The notes under the pieces are model-generated. The model did no database searches and was not told the origin of the DNA. It was given only the letters and a program-made list of their open reading frames with translations. A program made the translations under genes and the position numbers. A stretch of DNA of 64,000 bases. It comes from Malacoraja senta (Eukaryota). The stretch lies in NCBI GenBank assembly GCA_038087875.1, contig JAXLNO010000548.1, positions 126,001 through 190,000 on the forward strand, in the 5' to 3' direction. Positions within the stretch are counted from its first letter, which is position 1. Each line of letters opens with the position of its first letter. Below are positions 50,925 to 62,600 of this stretch, piece after piece.

Positions 50925-50969
50925 CCAAAGCTCAGAGCCACGGTGACACTGGTACAAAGATTAGTCAAC
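50925..50969 (-). CDS. SUN2-like exon (R)LTNLCTSVTVALSFG; 5' boundary uncertain
   Basis: ctag|G..GG|gtgtgt; ends in phase 2, matching the next exon. Confidence 0.45.
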
Positions 50970-51095
50970 CTAGGGTGCAGTATCACAGGGCTGTTCTATG
51001 GATGTATCTGGGGTAGAGTGTGGGCAGGCTATTTTTGTAGTCCGTGGCTCGAAGGGCCGAATGGCCTACTTCTGCACCTATTTTTCTATGTCTTT

Positions 51096-54000
51096 CATAG
51101 ATACATAGATACATAGAAAATAGGTGCAGGAGTAGGCCATTCGGCCCTTCGAGCCTGCACCGCCATTCAATATGATCATGGCTGATCATCCAACTCAGTA
51201 TCCCGTACCTGCCTTCTCTCCATACCCCCTGATCCCTTTAGCCACAAGGGCCACATCTAACTCCCTCTTAAATATAGCCAATGAACTGGCCTCAACTACC
51301 CTCTGTGGCAGAGAGTTCCAGAGATTCACCACTCTCTGTGTGAAAAAGTTTTTCCTCATCTCGGTCTTAAAGGATTTCCCCCTTATCCTTAAGCTGTGAC
51401 CCCTTGTCCTGGACTTCCCCAACATCGGGAACAATCTTCCTGCATCTAGCCTGTCCAACCCCATAAGAATTTTGTACGTTTCTATAAGATCCCCTCTCAA
51501 TCTCCTAAATTCTAGCGAGTATAAGCCAAGTCTATCCAGTCTTTCTTCATATGAAAGTCCTGACATCCCAGGAATCAGTCTGGTGAACCTTCTCTGCACT
51601 CCATCTATGGCTATAATGTCCTTCCTCAGATTTGGAGACCAAAACTGTACGCAATACTCCAGGTGTGGTCTCACCAAGACCCTGTACAACTGCAGTAGAA
51701 CCTCCCTGCTCCTATACTCAAATCCTCTTGCTATGAAGGCCAACATACCATTCGCTTTCTTCACTGCCTGCTGCACCTGCATGCCTACTTTCAATGACTG
51801 GTGTACCATGACACCCAGGTCTCGCTGCACCTCCCCATTTCCTAATCGGCCACCATTTAGATAATAGTCTGCCTTCCCGTTTTTGCCACCAAAGTGGATA
51901 ACCTCACATTTATCCACATTATACTGCATCTGCCAAACATTTGCCCACTCACCCAGCCTATCCAAGTCACCTTGCAGTCTCCTAGCATCCTCCTCACAGC
52001 TAACACTGCCCCCCAGCTTAGTGTCATCCGCAAACTTGGAGATGTTGCTTTGAATTCCCTCATCCAGATCATTAATATAGATTGTAAATAGCTGGGGTCC
52101 CAGCACTGAGCCTTGCGGTACCCCACTAGTCACTGCCTGCCATTGTGAAAAGGACCCGTTTACTCCTACTCTTTGCTTCCTGTTTGCCAGCCAGTTCTCT
52201 ATCCACATCAATACTGAACCCCCAATACCGTGTGATTTAAGTTTGTATCCTAATCTCTTATGTGGTACCTTGTCGAAAGCCTTCTGAAAGTCCAGATACA
52301 ACACATCCACTGGTTCTCCCCTATCCACTCTACTAGTTACATCCTCGAAAAATTCTATAAGATTCGTCAGACACGATTTACCTTTCGTAAATCCATGCTG
52401 ACTTTGTCCAATGATTTCACCACTTTCCAAATGTGCTGCTATCCCATCTTTAATAACTGACTCTAGCAGTTTCCCCACTACCGATGTTAGACTAACTGGT
52501 CTGTAATTCCCCGTTTTCTCTCTCCCTCCCTTCTTAAAAAGTGGGGTTACGTTTGCTACCCTCCAATCCTCAGGAACTACTCCAGAATCTAAAGAGTTTT
52601 GAAAAATTATCACTAATGCATCCACTATTTCTGGAGCTACTTCCTTAAGTACTCTGGGATGCAGCCTATCTGGCCCTGGTGATTTATCGGCCTTTAATCC
52701 ATTCAATTTACCCAACACCACTTCCCGACTAACCTGGATTTCACTCAGTTCCTCCATGTCCTTTGACCCGCGGCCCCCTGCTATTTCCGGCAGATTATTT
52801 ATGTCTTCCTTAGTGAAGACGGAACCAAAGTAGTTATTCAATTGGTCCGCCATATCCTTGTTCCCCATGATCAATTCACCTGTTTCTGACTGCAAGGGAC
52901 CTACATTTGTTTTAACTAATCTCTTTCTCTTCACATATCTATAAAAACTTTTGCAGTCAGTTTTTATGTTCCCTGCCAGTTTCCTTTCATAATCTATTTT
53001 CCCTTTCCTAATTAAGCCCTTTGTCCTCCTCTGCTGGTCTCTGAATTTCTCCCAGTCCTCTGGTATGCTGCTTTTTCTGGCTAATTTGTACGCAACATCT
53101 TTTGCTTTGATACTATCCCTGATTTCCCTTGTTATCCACGGATGCACTACCTTCCCTGATTTATTCTTTTGCCAAACTGGGATGAACATTTTTTGTAGTT
53201 CATCCATGCAGTCTTTAAATGCCTTCCATTGCATATCCACCGTCAACCCTTTTAGAACTAATTGCCAGTCAATCTTGGCCAATTCACGTCTCATACCCTC
53301 AAAGTTACCTTTCTTTAAGTTCAGAACCGTTGTTTCTGAATTAACAATGTCGCTCTCCATCCTAATGAAGAACTCAACCATATTATGGTCACTCTTGCCC
53401 AAGGGGGCACGCACAACAAGTCTGCTAACTAACCCTTCCTCATTACTCAATACCCAGTCTAGAATGGCCTGCTCTCTCGTTGGTTCCTCTACATGTTGGT
53501 TTAGATAACTATCCCTCATACATTCCAAGAAATCCTCTTCCTCAGCACCCCTGCCAATTTGATTCACCCAATCTATATGTAGATTGAAGTCACCCATTAT
53601 AACTGTTTTGCCTTTGTTGCACGCATTTCTAATTTCCTGTTTGATGCCATCCCCAACTTCATTACTACTGCTAGGTGGCCTGTACACAACACCCACCAGC
53701 GTTTTCTGCCCCTTAGTGTTTCGTAGCTCTACCCATACCGATTCCACATCCTCCAAGCTAATGTCCTTCCTTTCCACTGCGTTAATCTCCTCTCTAACCA
53801 GCAACGCTACCCCACCTCCTTTTCCTTTCTCTCTATCCCTCCTGAATATTGAATATCCCTGGATGTTCAGCTCCCAGCCTTGGTCACCCTGGAGCCATGT
53901 CTCCGTGATCCCAACTATATCATAATCATTAAATGCTATCTGCACGTTCAACTCATCGACCTTATTACGAATGCTCCTTGCATTGAGACACAAAGCCTTC

Positions 54001-54312
54001 AGGCTTGTTTTTACAACGCTCTTACCCCTTATACAATTATGTTGAAAAGTGGCTCTTTTTGATTTTTTGCCCTGGATTTGTCTGCCTGCCACTTTTACTT
54101 TTCACCTTGCTACCTGCTTCCGCCCGCATTTTACACCCCTCTGTTTCTCTGCTCACCCATTTAAGAACCCCACCACCTCTTATTCTCTGTTTATTATTGT
54201 TTTCTTCTTTCCCCCCTACATGTTGGGTCTGAGTGCTTTCCTTCTCTGCCTCCTGCCTCACACACTGTCTAATAGCATTCTCTATTTGAGTCCCTCCCCC
54301 CAACCATTCTAG
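51096..54312 (-). mobile_element. Young CR1 LINE, truncated near the ORF1 end, ORF2 uninterrupted
   Basis: Contains the 965-aa ORF, a 3' UTR and a (CTATGTAT)n tail; abuts a Rex1 fragment at its 5' end. Confidence 0.95.
51195..54092 (-). CDS. CR1 ORF2: AP endonuclease plus reverse transcriptase
   Basis: LNARS, ITETW, VYRPP, GDFN, SDH (APE); [31 protein letters not shown] (RT). No stops; true start codon uncertain. Confidence 0.95.
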   Translation of the reverse strand: MAGRQIQGKKSKRATFQHNCIRGKSVVKTSLKALCLNARSIRNKVDELNVQIAFNDYDIVGITETWLQGDQGWELNIQGYSIFRRDREKGKGGGVALLVREEINAVERKDISLEDVESVWVELRNTKGQKTLVGVVYRPPSSSNEVGDGIKQEIRNACNKGKTVIMGDFNLHIDWVNQIGRGAEEEDFLECMRDSYLNQHVEEPTREQAILDWVLSNEEGLVSRLVVRAPLGKSDHNMVEFFIRMESDIVNSETTVLNLKKGNFEGMRRELAKIDWQLVLKGLTVDMQWKAFKDCMDELQKMFIPVWQKNKSGKVVHPWITREIRDSIKAKDVAYKLARKSSIPEDWEKFRDQQRRTKGLIRKGKIDYERKLAGNIKTDCKSFYRYVKRKRLVKTNVGPLQSETGELIMGNKDMADQLNNYFGSVFTKEDINNLPEIAGGRGSKDMEELSEIQVSREVVLGKLNGLKADKSPGPDRLHPRVLKEVAPEIVDALVIIFQNSLDSGVVPEDWRVANVTPLFKKGGREKTGNYRPVSLTSVVGKLLESVIKDGIAAHLESGEIIGQSQHGFTKGKSCLTNLIEFFEDVTSRVDRGEPVDVLYLDFQKAFDKVPHKRLGYKLKSHGIGGSVLMWIENWLANRKQRVGVNGSFSQWQAVTSGVPQGSVLGPQLFTIYINDLDEGIQSNISKFADDTKLGGSVSCEEDARRLQGDLDRLGEWANVWQMQYNVDKCEVIHFGGKNGKADYYLNGGRLGNGEVQRDLGVMVHQSLKVGMQVQQAVKKANGMLAFIARGFEYRSREVLLQLYRVLVRPHLEYCVQFWSPNLRKDIIAIDGVQRRFTRLIPGMSGLSYEERLDRLGLYSLEFRRLRGDLIETYKILMGLDRLDAGRLFPMLGKSRTRGHSLRIRGKSFKTEMRKNFFTQRVVNLWNSLPQRVVEASSLAIFKRELDVALVAKGIRGYGEKAGTGY

Positions 54313-55205
54313 TGTTATGTATCTTCACCCTCTGTTGTCTGTTCCAAAGGAAGCTATAGATCCAATGACAGATGCCGGGGTCAATGTTCATGTCCGTTAA
54401 TTTATGGAAGAGTTTGACCGAGTTGATGGAGTTGAATGCCGAACTGAAGTCCATGAACAGGATGCAGGCGTAGGTGTTGGCAGTTTCCAGGTGTTGCAGA
54501 GTGTGGTGGATGGCCAGGTTGACTGTGTCTTCTACTGACCTGTTGGCTCTATATGCAAATTGATGTGGGTCCATGTTGGAGGAAGTGCTGGTTTTGAGGT
54601 GAGCGAGAATAATGCGCTCAAATGACTTCATGGCCACAGATGTAAGGGCAATCGGTCTGTAGTCATTGAGGCAGGATGTTGTGTTAGACTTGGGCACAGG
54701 AATGATGGTGGATTGTTTGAAGCACTGGGGCACTGAACATTGGCAGAGTGAGGTATTGAAGATGTTGGTGAACACAGGGGCCAGTTCTGCTGCACAATGA
54801 TGGAGCACTGCTGGGCTGATGTTGTCTGGGCCTACAGATTTGTTTTTCTTCTGTCTCCTGAAGGTGGTCCTCACCTCGGCCTCCTGGATGTGGAATGGAG
54901 GGGGAGGAAGAGGAGAGGGGGACGATGGTGGAGGGACTGGAGACTGTTCAAACCTGCCATAGAAAGTGTTCAGTTTGTCTGCGAGTTGATCATCATTATC
55001 AGGGTTGGGGGTGGATTTATTTTTGTAGTTAGTGATTTCCTGAATTTTTTTCCAGACAGTTCTAGTGTTGTTGGTTGAGATTTCTTGTTCTATTTTGGTG
55101 GCATAATTGTGTTTGGCTTTCCTTATTGTAGACCTTAATTTATATTTTGCAGCCATGTAGTCCTGCTTATTTCCAGATTTATATGCAGCATTTTTCTCAG
55201 TTCTT
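54313..55205 (-). mobile_element. Rex1/Babar LINE RT fragment
   Basis: GPDNI..CAAELAPVFTNIFN..CLNDYRPIALTS..QFAYRANRSVED..DFSSAFN. Confidence 0.85.
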
Positions 55206-55230
55206 AATTGTTGAATTTATTTTGTGAACC

Positions 55231-56491
55231 AGAAAGACAGATAGAGAGAGAGACAGAGAGACAGAGAGACAGACAGAGAGAGAGAGAGCGACAGAGACAG
55301 AGAGAGAGACAGAGAGTGAGAAAGAGCCAGAGAGACAGAGAGAGAGAGAGACAGAGAAAGACAGTGAGACAGACAGAGAGAGAGAGAGAGACAGTGAGAA
55401 AGCAATCAATAAAGGGCTATAGGTCTATTCCTAGTTTATGTACAGGGACATATCTATCCGTGCCCTGTATACTTGTATTTATATTTATGCATTTTATATA
55501 TTTATGCATTTTAAATATGTATGTTATGTTTTATACTTTGGCAATATAACAATGTATTTTATCATGCCAATAACATTTTTTTTAATTGAAAATTCAAAAT
55601 TAAAATTGAAATTGACAGAGTGAGGCAGTAAGAGACGCAGAGAGACAGAGGAAGAGAGAGGGAGAGGCAGAGACCGAGACAGAGAGAGGCAGAGACAGTG
55701 AGACAGTGAGAGAGAGAAACAGAGGTACAGAGAGAGAGACAGAGAGAGAGAGAGACAGACAGAGTGAGAGAGGGAGAAAGAGACAGAGAGAACGGAGAGA
55801 GGGAGAGAGCGAGAGACAGAGAGTGAGAGACGGAGAGAGACGGAGAGAGACGGAGAGAGACGGAGAGAGACAGAGTGAGACAGAGAGAGAGAGAGAGAGA
55901 GAGACAGGGACAGAGTGAGACAGTGAGAGAGAGAGGCAGAGGTATAGAGGTCTTATAGAAACTTACAACATTTTTAAGGGGTTGGACAGGCTAAATGCAG
56001 GAAGATTGTTCCCGATGTTGGGGAAGTCCAGGACAAGGGGTCACAATTTAAGGATAAAGATGAGAAAAACATTTTTCACACAGAGAGTGGTGAATCTCTG
56101 GAACTCTCTGCCACAGAAGGTAGTTGAGGCCAGTTCATTGGCTATATTTAAGAGGGAGTTAGATGTGGCCCTTGTGGCTAAAGGGATCAGGGGGTATGGA
56201 GAGAAGGCAGGTACAGGATACTGAGTTGGATGATCAGCCATGATCATATTGAATGGCAGTGCTGGCTCGAAGGGCCGAATGGCCTACTCCTGCACCTATT
56301 GTCTATGTTTCTATAGAGAGAGAGACAGACAGACAGGGAGAGAGAGAGACAGAGTGAGAGAGGGAGAAAGGAGAGAGGGAGACAGACACAGAGAGAGACA
56401 GAGGCAGAAAGAGACAGAGAGGGGGGAAAGAAAGGACAAAGAGAGAGAGAGTGGGAGATAGAGAGAGAGGCAGAGAGAAAGACAGAGAGAG
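55231..56491. repeat. (GA)n/(GACA)n microsatellite field hosting an RTEX-like tail (55410-55615) and a CR1 3' end (about 55950-56313)
   Basis: GA-rich tracts at 55231-55400, 55615-55940 and 56314-56491, separated by TE fragments. Confidence 0.92.
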
Positions 56492-59400
56492 ATCAGGAAG
56501 CTGCTGCACGCCCTATGTTCCCATCTTCTATGGTAACAAAGAATACATATATATAAACAGTCCCTTCCGAGTGACTGATAAAAACAGCATATAATTGCAC
56601 TGAATTAGTACTGTTGATATTGCTATTAATACTGTTGATATTGCTATTATTAATATCGTTATTATTACTTGGTGGCAGTACGAGTCTGCCTTACCATGGC
56701 ATACAAAACTTTACCTAACATTCCCCAATTATAGAAAAAACTAGTGTTTTCGCACCTGTCCCACAAAATAGTTTTTTTTTTTTTAAAGGTATATAAATAC
56801 AAAATAAATGAGTTCATTTCATATAGGCTGCTGGAATATCCAGGGTCTCTACTCTTCAACCTTCGGGATGAAGACTGGGAACCCTGAGTTCCTAAAGTCT
56901 ATAGAAGACACTGATATAATGATATTAACGGAAACATGGTACCGAAAGGATACGTTCATTCACTGCCCTTCAGGGTACCATGAAGTCATGGTGCCCTCAG
57001 TAAAAACTACTGATGTACATAAGGGCAGAACCTCCGTGGGGATCTTGGTGTGGTACAAAGAAGAACTAGACAGTCACATTACATCAATAAAACAGGGGAA
57101 ATCACAAATATGGTTGAAACTAGATAAAATAATTGGAATAACTGGAAAATATATATATCTATGTGCCGCCTACATACCCCCAATAGAATCGCCATATTTT
57201 GAAGAGCATATATTAGAAACTCTCCACATGGAAATCAATAATTTCCAGGCCCTGGGAAATGTGCTACTATGTGGAGACCTGAATGCAAGGACCGGATGTG
57301 AACCCGATTCCATAGACCCACAGGGCAACAACCATGAGTTCGGTCAAACCCCCTTGTATGTCACACCAACTATCATTAACCGGAACAACCTGGACTGTGA
57401 AATAAATAAAAGTGGTAGAGAGGTAGTGCATCTCTGCCGAGCCTTGGGCCTGTACATAGTTAATGGTAGGCTCAGAGGGGACTCGCTGGGAAGGTTTACA
57501 TATTCCTCAGCTCTTGGGTCTAGCGTGGTAGACAATGCAATTACTGACATAGACCCCTGCACTATCAGTGCGTTCACTGTTAGGCAGCAGTCCCCTCTTT
57601 CAGACCATAGTTAAATCAACGTGTACCTAAAATTTCCTGTTCAAACTAAAGACGTAAAAAAGGAACCCAGTAAGCTGTATAAACTAAATCAGACTTACAG
57701 ATAGGCCTCAGATAGTGGAGATAAATTCATCATGGCCCTGAATTCACCTGATCTCACAAATAAAATACTGAAATTCAAGACAAACCCATATGAGTACTAG
57801 AGATGGTGTAAACATGGCTATAAATGACATTAATATGATCTTTCGCAAGGCAGCTATCAAAGCTGAACTTGTGAAAGAGGAGAAAAATTATCAAAAAACA
57901 CAACCATTAAAAATGGTTCGACCATGACTGTAAAATTTCAGAATAGATCTGAGGAAAATATTGAACCAAAAACACCATCAATCAAACAATCCAGACTTAT
58001 GTATTAGATATAATGAAACTCTTAAAAGGTATAAACACACGATTAGGAACAATAGACAAAATTACACACATAAAAGACTTGAAGAAATTGAAAATTCCAT
58101 CAATCAAAACCAATTTTGGGTTATGTGGAATAACCTGAGCACAACAAAACTACAAACATCACCAATTCAATGTGGTGATATCTGGAGAGCACATTTCAAA
58201 AATCTATATAAAGACATCCCAATAAATAAAATGAACATAAATTATTCTCATATCTAAGAAAAACTCCAAACATTAGAAACAGTAATTAAAGATTATCAAA
58301 ACCCTTTTGATTTCCCAATTACTTTGGAAGAATTGACTATAAAAATATAATCTCTTCACTCAAAGAAAGTCTGTGGTCCAGACAGCATTAAAAATGAAAT
58401 GCTCAAGTACAGCACTCCGGAGATGCAGGACATAGTGCTTAGGCTGTTCAACATCATACTACGTTCAGGTTATTTCCCTGATATTTGGTGTCAAGGGCTT
58501 ATTTCACCCATTTATAAAAGTGGAAACAAATTACACCCAAATAATTATGGCATCTGTGTCAGTTGCTGCATAGGGAAGTTATTCTGCAGTATCATAAATA
58601 ACAGAATGCAGGATTTCCTTAACAAATACAACATTCTCAGTAAAAAATAAATTGGCTTCCTCCCAAAACACCGTACCACTGACCACATTTATACCCTCCA
58701 CACTCTCATTGAAAAACATGTTCACCAAGCAAAAAAAGGGAAAATATTTGCCTGTTTTATTGACTTTGAGAAAGCATTTGACTCTCTTTGGCATGAAGGG
58801 CTCTATTACAAACTCCTCTGTAGTGGTATAGGAGGAAAGTTATATGACCTTATCAAATCAATGTATCTGAATAATAAATGTGGCGTTAAAATTGGGGACA
58901 AATGCACTGATCTCTTCGCCCAGAGAAGAGGCATCCAGCAAGGCTGCAATCTGAGCCCGACACTGTTTAATGTATATCTCAACGATTTCGCAGTAAAGTT
59001 GGACCAGAGCACAGCGCCGGGCCTCTGTCTTCTGGACGGAGAGGTAAAATCCCTGTTTTATGCAAATGACTTGGTTCTGCTGTCCCCCACAAAACAGGGA
59101 CTGCAGCAACAGTTGGACCTACTTGATGAGTACTGCCAAAATTGGGCCCTGGTAGTAAATCTAAAGAAAACCAACATCATGATTTTTCAGAAAAGACCCA
59201 GATGTCAGGAAGATCAATCCAAATTTACTCTCAATGGTATTATTATCGAACACACTATGAGCTGTACCTACCTTGGTCTAACTGTTTCAGCATCAGGGAG
59301 CTTCAATATGGCAGTGAATGCACTAAAGAGAAAGCTCAAAGAGCTCTGTATGCAATAAAAAGAAGATTCTACAACATCCAAATTCCTGTTAAAATCTGGC

Positions 59401-59645
59401 TTAAAATATTTGACAGTGTAATCCAGCCTATTGCGCTTTATGGTAGTGAAGTATGGGGAGAGTGAAGTACTGAAGAGAGAAGTCAGTCACCATAGTTATA
59501 GTAAATGGGAAAAACATACAACGGAGGCCCTGCATGCAGAATTTTGTCGGAACATCCTCCATATCCAAAGGAAAACACCAACAAACGCATTTAGGGCGGA
59601 ATTAGGCAGATACGCACTGATAATAAATATCCACAAAAGAGCACT
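56492..59645 (+). mobile_element. RTEX-like LINE, decayed APE-RT ORF, interrupted by L1
   Basis: WNIQG, ILTETW, LCGDLNARTG, SDH (56808-57614); GPDSI, DFEKAFD, QQGCNLSPTLF, YAND, YLG, RAELGRY. Several stops and frameshifts. Confidence 0.82.
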
Positions 59646-62600
59646 ATTTTTTATTGGAGATAAGTACACAATCTATTAACATCATTAACAGTCTTACATT
59701 TTTGAATTGATAATATTGTCAATTATTATTACATTGTCTCCAATACCTTTTGCCTTTTTTGTTTTTTTAAACTAGATAGAACTAAAAAGATAGATGAAGT
59801 AAAGAAAGAAAAGAGAGAGAAGAAAAGAGAGAACGAAAGAAAGGAAAAAAAAAAAAAAAAAAAAGATAGTTAAAGAAGAATGGAAACATTTATTAAAATA
59901 AAAAACTTCATTCGAGATATATTCGTACATTTCAGAGTATAGCATTTCATCCATTCTTTAGCCCGAGTGTTAGTGAGGTTCCTGTGCTGAACCATTCTGA
60001 CCCTTTAAATAATCAATAAAGGGAGACCATGTTCCAATGAATAATTCCTGTTTGTCCAACAGGGAAAATCTGATTCTTTCCACGTTTAAGGTCTCCGTCA
60101 TTTCTATAATCCACATTTTGATTGTGGGGGTTATAGGGCCTTTCCAAAATTTTAGAATTAATTTTTTTCCCGTTATTATACTATAATCAATAAAGTTTCT
60201 TTGTGTTGTTGTAAATGTTTGATTTAATTCTAATGTTCCGAGTATTATTAATTTTGGATCCGGGTCCAATTGTGTGCTGGGCACTTTAGATATTATACTG
60301 AAAATATTTACCCAGAATTTTTTTATTTTTATACAGTTTGCAAACATATGAGATAAGTTAGCTTCTAAATGTTGACATTTATCACATATAGGTGAGATAT
60401 GTTGAAAGATTTTATGTAATTTTGTTTTTGAATAATGTAACCTATGTATTACTTTAAATTGTATTAAAGAATGTCTGGCATTTAATGAACATTGATGTAT
60501 GTGTTGTAAACTTTCTTCCCAAGTATCTTTCGTTATTATTTGATTTAATTCTTTTTCCCATGTTTGTCTGTGTAAGTCCGTCGATGGAATGTCACTGTCT
60601 AATAAAATATTATATATATAAGATATTAATTTTTCTGTATTAGGATGTTTATTCCAACATTCGTCAAGAATTTCTGAATTTCTAATTCGAAAATTTTGAG
60701 TATTCGATTTTACATAATCTCTGAGTTGAAGATATCTGAAAAAATCATTTCCTCGAAGTCCATAAGTCTGTTGCAACTCCTGAAATGTCAGAAAAGTGCC
60801 TTCCTTGTAAAGTTGTCCCATATTTTTAATTCCATAATTCTTCCATTGTGTAAAACCCCTGCCCAACCATGAGGTTATTCACATTTGGAAGAAAAAGTGA
60901 TAAATTATCTAATTTTAATGTCTTTTTTAATTGTTTCCAAATTCGTATAGCACTAAATATTATAGGGTTTTCCCTATAATTGTTTTTGTTTAATTTGGAC
61001 GTAGCAAATAATATCGAGCCGATATCAAAAGGTAAACAATCTTCCTTTTCCATTTTTAACCAATCTGGTTGTTGATCTATTTCCTCCAACCAGAAATTCA
61101 TATTTTTAATATTAACTGCCCAAAAATAAAAACGAAAGTTTGGTAACACCAAGCCTCCATTTATTTTTGATTTACACAAATGTCTTTTGTTTATCCTATG
61201 ATTCTTATAATCCCAGATAAAATCATTAAAAATGGAATCCAATTTTTTAAAAAAGTTTTTTGACAAATATATCGGAATTGTCTGAAAAAGGTATAATATT
61301 TGCGGTAAAAAAATCATTTTTATGGCATTAATTTTGCCAACCATTGAGATAGGAAGAGTTTTCCAATATTGAATATTCTTATGTAGTTTGTTCAGTAATG
61401 GGGGAAAAATTGCTTTAAATAATGATGTATATATCTTAGTTACGTAAATGCCTAGGTATTTGAATTTTTCGTTTACTATTTTAAATGGAAATTGTTGTAT
61501 TATCTGTTTGTTGTGTTCCCTTATTGGCATAATTTCACTTTTATTCCAATTTATTCTGTATCCTGAGAGTGAACCAAATTGGGTTATTAGCTTTAATAAG
61601 TTTGGAATACTAATTTCTGGTTTTGTAATGTAACTTAGTACATCATCTGCGTATAGAGAAATTTTATTCACTGTATCCTTTGTGTTATACCCATGTATTT
61701 CCGGATGACCCCTAACTCTTTCTGCGAGTGGCTCAATAGCAAGCGCAAATAATAATGGAGATAACGGGCATCCTTGTCTACAATCTCTAGATAGGCTGAA
61801 TTTAGATGACAACCTTTGGTTTGTTAATATTCTAGCCGTAGGGTTTGTATATAACAGTTTTATCCATGTACAGAATTTCTCCCCTAGCTGCATATTTTCC
61901 ATCACCGAAAATAAATAGGACCATTCAACCTGATCAAAAGCTTTTTCAGCGTCAAGTGAGATTATTGCTAGATTTTCATTAATAATTCTCTTAGAATAAA
62001 TAATATTAAATAATCTTCTTAGATTATAATATGAGTACCGTTTCTGAATAAAGCCTGTTTGGTCAGGGTGTATTAATTTATTCATCACTGTACTTAATCT
62101 ATGCGCTAGTATTTTAGTTAATATTTTCTGATCTGTATTTAAAAGTGCAATTGCTCTATATGATCCCGGATCTTCCGGATCTTTATCAACTTTAGGATTA
62201 AGTGTTATTATAGATTCATTTAAAGTATCTGGAAGTTTCTGTTGAGGATAGATATGCTCATACAGCCTTTGTAAACGTGGGGAGAGCAAGTCATAATTTT
62301 TTTAATAGAATTCAGAGCCTAAACCGTCTGGTCCTACTGCTTTACCATTTTTTAAAGAGCCAATCGACTCCTCAATATCCTTTATCGTAATTTCCCTTTC
62401 TAATAATTCTCTATCGTTTGAATCTAAACCTTTTAAATTGCATTTTAGTAAAACAATCTGCTATTCCTTCTGGTTGTACTACAGTTTTAGTTGAATAAAG
62501 ATTATGATAGTATTGGAGAAATCTCTCGTTTATATCCTTGGGCATTTTTAATAATTCTCCTGTCTCTTCTAATTTTATGAATTATTTTTTCCCCTTCCAT

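Larger units (their letters stand above)
40546..50969 (-). pseudogene. SUN2-like inner nuclear membrane protein gene: seven exons (TM plus coiled coil) ending in a premature stop; truncated gene or pseudogene
   Basis: AG/GT-bounded exons with matching phases: 50969-50925, 50721-50669, 47878-47805, 44103-43882, 42540-42463, 41298-41255, 40701-40546. Order, sizes and peptides parallel the SUN2 TM and coiled-coil region as I recall it. Confidence 0.72.

Noticed and set aside
53065..53925. Plus-strand ORFs of 147 and 113 aa
   Set aside because: Antisense to CR1 ORF2.
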